The notes beneath the pieces were generated by a model. That model was not told the origin of the DNA. It was given only the letters and a program-made list of their open reading frames with translations, and searched no databases. DNA of 52,383 nucleotides from an uncultured Bacillales bacterium (GTDB lineage: Bacteria > Bacillota_I > Bacilli_A > Acholeplasmatales > Anaeroplasmataceae): the NCBI GenBank assembly GCA_937885165.1, contig CAKZZJ010000140.1, positions 1-52,383 on the forward strand, in the 5' to 3' direction. Below, one piece after another: positions 48,804 to 52,383 of the stretch (position 1 is its first letter; each line of letters starts with the position of its first letter). Made by a program: the position numbers and the translations under genes.

Positions 48804-49724
48804 ATGAGTTTTACAGAGGATGTAAAAAAAGATTTAATTTCAACAAATGATAATAATTTAGAAGCCAAAATTGAAGCTGAAGCTATATTAAGGCTTTCAA
48901 CTGAAATATCAATTTTCAATTTTAAAATTGAAGCATCTTCAAATAATTTATTTGTTATAAGAAGGCTTGTCACTTTGCTTAAATTAAATTACAAATTCGA
49001 GCAAGAAATTATCTCAAGAATAATAAATAGATTTAACAAGCAAAAAATCTATACTTTAGTTATTTATGAAGGTGCTAAGGAGATAATTGATGACTTGAAT
49101 TTATTATATGATAAATCAAAATATAAAGAAGAATTGGAATTTGATAACTATGGTATTTATTTAAGAGGTTCCTTTTTAGCTAAAGGAAGCGTAAATGATC
49201 CTAAAAATAAAAACCATCATCTTGAAATATCATCAACTAATGATACAGAAATAATATTCTTGCAAAAACTTATGAATGAGCTTGAATTGAATGGGCGTAT
49301 AACTAAAAGAAAAAATTATTTGGTTTTGTATATTAAATCCTTATCAAATATTGGTGAATTTTTATATCGAATCGGAGCTAGAAGTGTGATGGAATATTAT
49401 GAAAATACTATTATCACCAATGAAATTAAAGCTTCAGCCAAAAGAAGCATAAATTTAGATTTGGCAAATCAAAATAAAACTAATCTTGCCGCAAATGAAC
49501 AATTATATTACATTGATGTAATAGAGACTCATTATGATTTATCTAAAATAGATGAAAAAATCAAACAAACAATGCAGCTTAGAAAAGAAAATCCTGAAGA
49601 TTCTTTAACAGAATTATTAGATATAATTCATGAAGAATATGATCCATATTTAACTAAATCAGGGCTTAATCATAGATTTCGTAAAATAAAGGCGATGGCT
49701 TTATCAGTTTTAGGAAAAGATTAA
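48804..49724 (+). CDS. whiA: DNA-binding protein WhiA
   Basis: MSFT..VK..L, YLRG.FLA.GSVNDP....HLEI, LYIK....I.EFL..IGA, R..N...AN..KT, TKSGLNHR.RK. Confidence 0.93.
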   Translation: MSFTEDVKKDLISTNDNNLEAKIEAEAILRLSTEISIFNFKIEASSNNLFVIRRLVTLLKLNYKFEQEIISRIINRFNKQKIYTLVIYEGAKEIIDDLNLLYDKSKYKEELEFDNYGIYLRGSFLAKGSVNDPKNKNHHLEISSTNDTEIIFLQKLMNELELNGRITKRKNYLVLYIKSLSNIGEFLYRIGARSVMEYYENTIITNEIKASAKRSINLDLANQNKTNLAANEQLYYIDVIETHYDLSKIDEKIKQTMQLRKENPEDSLTELLDIIHEEYDPYLTKSGLNHRFRKIKAMALSVLGKD

Positions 49725-49769
49725 TTTGTTTTATTATAAAAAAAGGTAGTAATCATATATATTAAAAGA

Positions 49770-50255
49770 ATGAAAGTATTTAAAATTATAATAAGTATTT
49801 TATATATTTCACTGCTTGGATTTTATGTTTATCTTTCTTTATCAAGTGGGGAAAAATCTGGTAATATGAGCAGTGAATTTGCAAATTTTATAGCGAAAAT
49901 TCTTAATTTTTTTGGAATTAAGGTTGAAGTAAACGATGAATTTCACACATTCATAAGGAAACTCTTTGGTCATTTTGGCTATTTTGTTATACTTGGAATA
50001 GTATCATTATTATTTTATGTATATGTTTTAAGTATAAAACTTAAATATAAGCTTATAATTCATTTTGGATCAGGATTTCTATTCGCATTTTTAACAGAAT
50101 TCTTATTAGAGGCTATAACAGCTGGTAGAGGACCTAGCATGATAGATGTCTTAATTGATTATTCAGGTTTTTCTGTATCAGTTTTTATATCACTTATATT
50201 TATATTTAAAGGTAGAAAAAAGAAGAATTCTAATATAAAAGATGCATCTATATAA
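49770..50255 (+). CDS. VanZ-family membrane protein
   Basis: S...S...S, IRKL.GHF..F..LG, E..Q/E....GR..S..DV.ID..G. Confidence 0.85.
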   Translation: MKVFKIIISILYISLLGFYVYLSLSSGEKSGNMSSEFANFIAKILNFFGIKVEVNDEFHTFIRKLFGHFGYFVILGIVSLLFYVYVLSIKLKYKLIIHFGSGFLFAFLTEFLLEAITAGRGPSMIDVLIDYSGFSVSVFISLIFIFKGRKKKNSNIKDASI

Positions 50256-50468
50256 TAATGATGGTCTATGAAACTTATATTAACATTTAAAAACCTAGAA
50301 ATTATTTATTAAATCTAGCTTTATAAAGTCATTTTAATAATGTTATTGATATGAGTAAAATATCCCAAAATTTGGCGTGATGTATTCTAAATTTATTAAA
50401 CTATTCATTGAAGATAAAATCAAAATGTGATAAAATATCAAAAGTATCCGTAAAGAAGGGAAGATATT

Positions 50469-51230
50469 ATGGCGCAAATCAAAAGAAAGAAAGTTTCTAA
50501 TGAAGCCACTAAAGGACAAAAGCGTGGCTTTAAACAAATAATAAAAAATAAAATGTTTTGGATAATCAGCTCTATCATAGTAGTTGTAGTTGCAGCAGCG
50601 ATAATAGTACCAATAGTTGTTGTCAATGCACTATCTAGTGATAATGAGAAGCCTGATTATTTCCTTGAGACTCAGACTTTGACGGTAGATGATAAAACAT
50701 ATGATGTAAATTTCGAGAAGATGAGTTATTCTGGAGTTATTGAACATACAGATTCAACAAACCAGGCAATGCATTATGATTATGTATTCATTTTCGCAAC
50801 TGATTTATCAGCATTTTATCCAAAAGATTATTATAGTGATCCTGATGATACAACAACAAATCAAAAAAATGAGACCCACACAAAATTCTTTAATCTTTTG
50901 ATTCAGTTACAGCATAGTATAGATTTATATAATGAGTCACATACTGAAAAAGCTAAATTATATATTGTTGATACTACATCAAGTGATTATTCTGAAAATG
51001 CATCAATAATGGATGATTCAAAATTTGGTACATCAGGTACATCATATCCTCTATTCTGTTATTATACTGATGATAAGCTTGTTAAAGAAGTTAAAGGTAA
51101 TTTCGGTAGTGAATATCGTGAAGACAATAGCTTATTCTATTATTCAAGTTATAATTATAGTAACTTCTACACTGTTATAAATTATGCTAAAATATTTGTT
51201 GAGAAGGAATTTGTTGAAGAGGAGGCTTAA
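50469..51230 (+). CDS. Hypothetical single-pass membrane protein with extracytoplasmic domain
   Basis: Basic N-terminus, one long TM, then a D/T/Y/S-rich domain. AAGAAGGG SD. Confidence 0.75.
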   Translation: MAQIKRKKVSNEATKGQKRGFKQIIKNKMFWIISSIIVVVVAAAIIVPIVVVNALSSDNEKPDYFLETQTLTVDDKTYDVNFEKMSYSGVIEHTDSTNQAMHYDYVFIFATDLSAFYPKDYYSDPDDTTTNQKNETHTKFFNLLIQLQHSIDLYNESHTEKAKLYIVDTTSSDYSENASIMDDSKFGTSGTSYPLFCYYTDDKLVKEVKGNFGSEYREDNSLFYYSSYNYSNFYTVINYAKIFVEKEFVEEEA

Positions 51231-51243
51231 TGCCTTCTTTTTT
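51217..51243 (+). terminator. Possible terminator overlapping the stop codon
   Basis: AAGAGGAGGC-ttaat-GCCTTCTTTTTT. Confidence 0.55.
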
Positions 51244-51262
51244 CTAAAATAGGAAGAAAAAA

Positions 51263-52383
51263 ATGGAAGAAGTAAAAGAAATAAAAGAAGAAACTAAAAA
51301 AGAAGATAGTATTATCAATGATGAAATAGTTTCTAAAACAGCTGCTAAATTAAATATTAAGCCTAATCAGGCAAAAGAAGTATTGTTGATGCTAAATGAT
51401 GATAAAACTGTAGCCTTTATCGCAAGATATAGAAAGGAAGCTACAGGAGGTTTGGATGAAGAAGTAATCAGAGCCATCGAAGAAGATTATAAATATGAAG
51501 TAAATCTTAAAAAGAGAAAAGATGATGTTATAAGATTAATTGCTGAAAAAGAATTGCTTACACCTGAACTTGAAGAAAAAATTAATAACGCAACTAAACT
51601 AATTGAAGTAGAAGATTTATATAGACCATATAAGGAAAAGAAGAAAACTAAAGCAACTGAGGCTATCGCGTTAGGGCTTGAAGGCTTAGCAGATGTAATG
51701 ATGCGTAATTATCAAAAGGGCGAAAGGGACTATTATATCATGCCTTATTTAAATGATAATGTGCCTACAGCTGAAAAAGCATTAGAATACGCTAAATATA
51801 TTGTAGCTGAAAGAATAAGCGATAATGCAGATTATAGAAGTTATATTAGAGATAAAGCTTTGATTTATGGTACTATCTCAACTCATAAGAAGAAAAACGA
51901 TAATGACCCTGAAGAAAAATACAAAATTTATTATGAATTTTCTGAATCAATTTCAAGAATCAAGCCACATAGATTACTTGCGATAAATAGAGCTGAAGAT
52001 GAAGAAGTAATAAATGTAAATGTAGAACTTCAGCCTGAACGTGATATTGATTATTTAACATATAAAGTAACATGGAATAGAGAATCATTATTTAAAGATG
52101 AATTGATTGAGGCAGTAAATGATGCATATAAGAGACTTATCGCACCATCTATCGCAAGAGAAATAAGAACTATAAAGAATGAAGAAGCTGAAGCACAAGC
52201 AATCAAAATCTTCGCTCTTAATTTAAAAAATTTACTTCTTCAACCACCAATGAAAGAAAAGACAGTTCTTGGCGTCGACCCTGCCTTTAGAACAGGCTGT
52301 AAGCTTGCTGTAATATCTCCTCAGTCAAATGTGCTTGATATTTCAGTAATCTATCCTAATGAAAAAACAAAAGGCAGTGAGGT
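51263..52383 (+). CDS. tex: Tex-family RNA-binding transcription accessory protein (runs off the window)
   Basis: Not in the ORF track; translated by hand from ATG 51263: TVAFIARYRKEATGGLDE, EVEDLYRPYKEKKKTKA, HRLLAINRAE, LLQPP, LGVDPAFRTGCKLA. Confidence 0.95.
   Translation, partial: MEEVKEIKEETKKEDSIINDEIVSKTAAKLNIKPNQAKEVLLMLNDDKTVAFIARYRKEATGGLDEEVIRAIEEDYKYEVNLKKRKDDVIRLIAEKELLTPELEEKINNATKLIEVEDLYRPYKEKKKTKATEAIALGLEGLADVMMRNYQKGERDYYIMPYLNDNVPTAEKALEYAKYIVAERISDNADYRSYIRDKALIYGTISTHKKKNDNDPEEKYKIYYEFSESISRIKPHRLLAINRAEDEEVINVNVELQPERDIDYLTYKVTWNRESLFKDELIEAVNDAYKRLIAPSIAREIRTIKNEEAEAQAIKIFALNLKNLLLQPPMKEKTVLGVDPAFRTGCKLAVISPQSNVLDISVIYPNEKTKGSE

Noticed and set aside
3636..50626. Many 60-147 aa ORFs antisense to or nested in long genes (e.g. 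3636, 12266, 12946, 27993, 34518, 37464, 38866, 46618)
   Set aside because: They are shadows of well-supported genes, with I/S/F/L-biased composition and no SD or recognisable motifs.
1..52383. CRISPR array, tRNA/rRNA, prophage or recognisable defence island
   Set aside because: No regularly spaced repeats, cloverleafs, GC-rich RNA blocks, or phage/defence motifs seen by eye; intergenic gaps are all under about 400 nt.

Overview
AT-rich bacterial chromosomal segment. It uses genetic code 11 (TGG for Trp; TGA ends several genes). Gene content and synteny fit a reduced Firmicute-derived lineage, probably a wall-less Acholeplasmatales/Anaeroplasma-type Mollicute (inference). The window is mostly housekeeping: xth (partial), DUF2130, two heterodimeric ABC exporters, a stand-alone rpoB-rpoC operon, a Sel1-repeat protein, pfkA-like/pyk, IMPase, a mixed operon (two unknowns, LRAT-type papain-fold protein, ROK kinase, transposase-like protein, threonine aldolase, Lrp), an MFS sugar transporter, alaS-ruvX-DUF1292-trmR-exonuclease, a pseudogene, a CPA2 antiporter, LbH-glmM-glnA, an Fe/B12-type ABC importer with a divergent TetR, PPi-dependent PFK, hprK-lgt/ppaX-whiA, VanZ and tex (partial). 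I found no CRISPR array, tRNA/rRNA or intact mobile element. Best candidates for new biology: (1) an intact PfkA homologue with consensus expression signals, a heavily substituted catalytic site and a mostly retained effector site, alongside a canonical PPi-PFK, a Pyk with an altered effector loop and an Lgt-PpaX fusion, suggesting rewired PPi-centred glycolysis with a possible pseudo-enzyme sensor; (2) an apparently domesticated, catalytically dead DDE-transposase derivative coupled inside a housekeeping operon; (3) a perfect 13-bp inverted repeat ending in the ATGs of two divergent genes. All family calls come from motif recognition by eye, not database searches.
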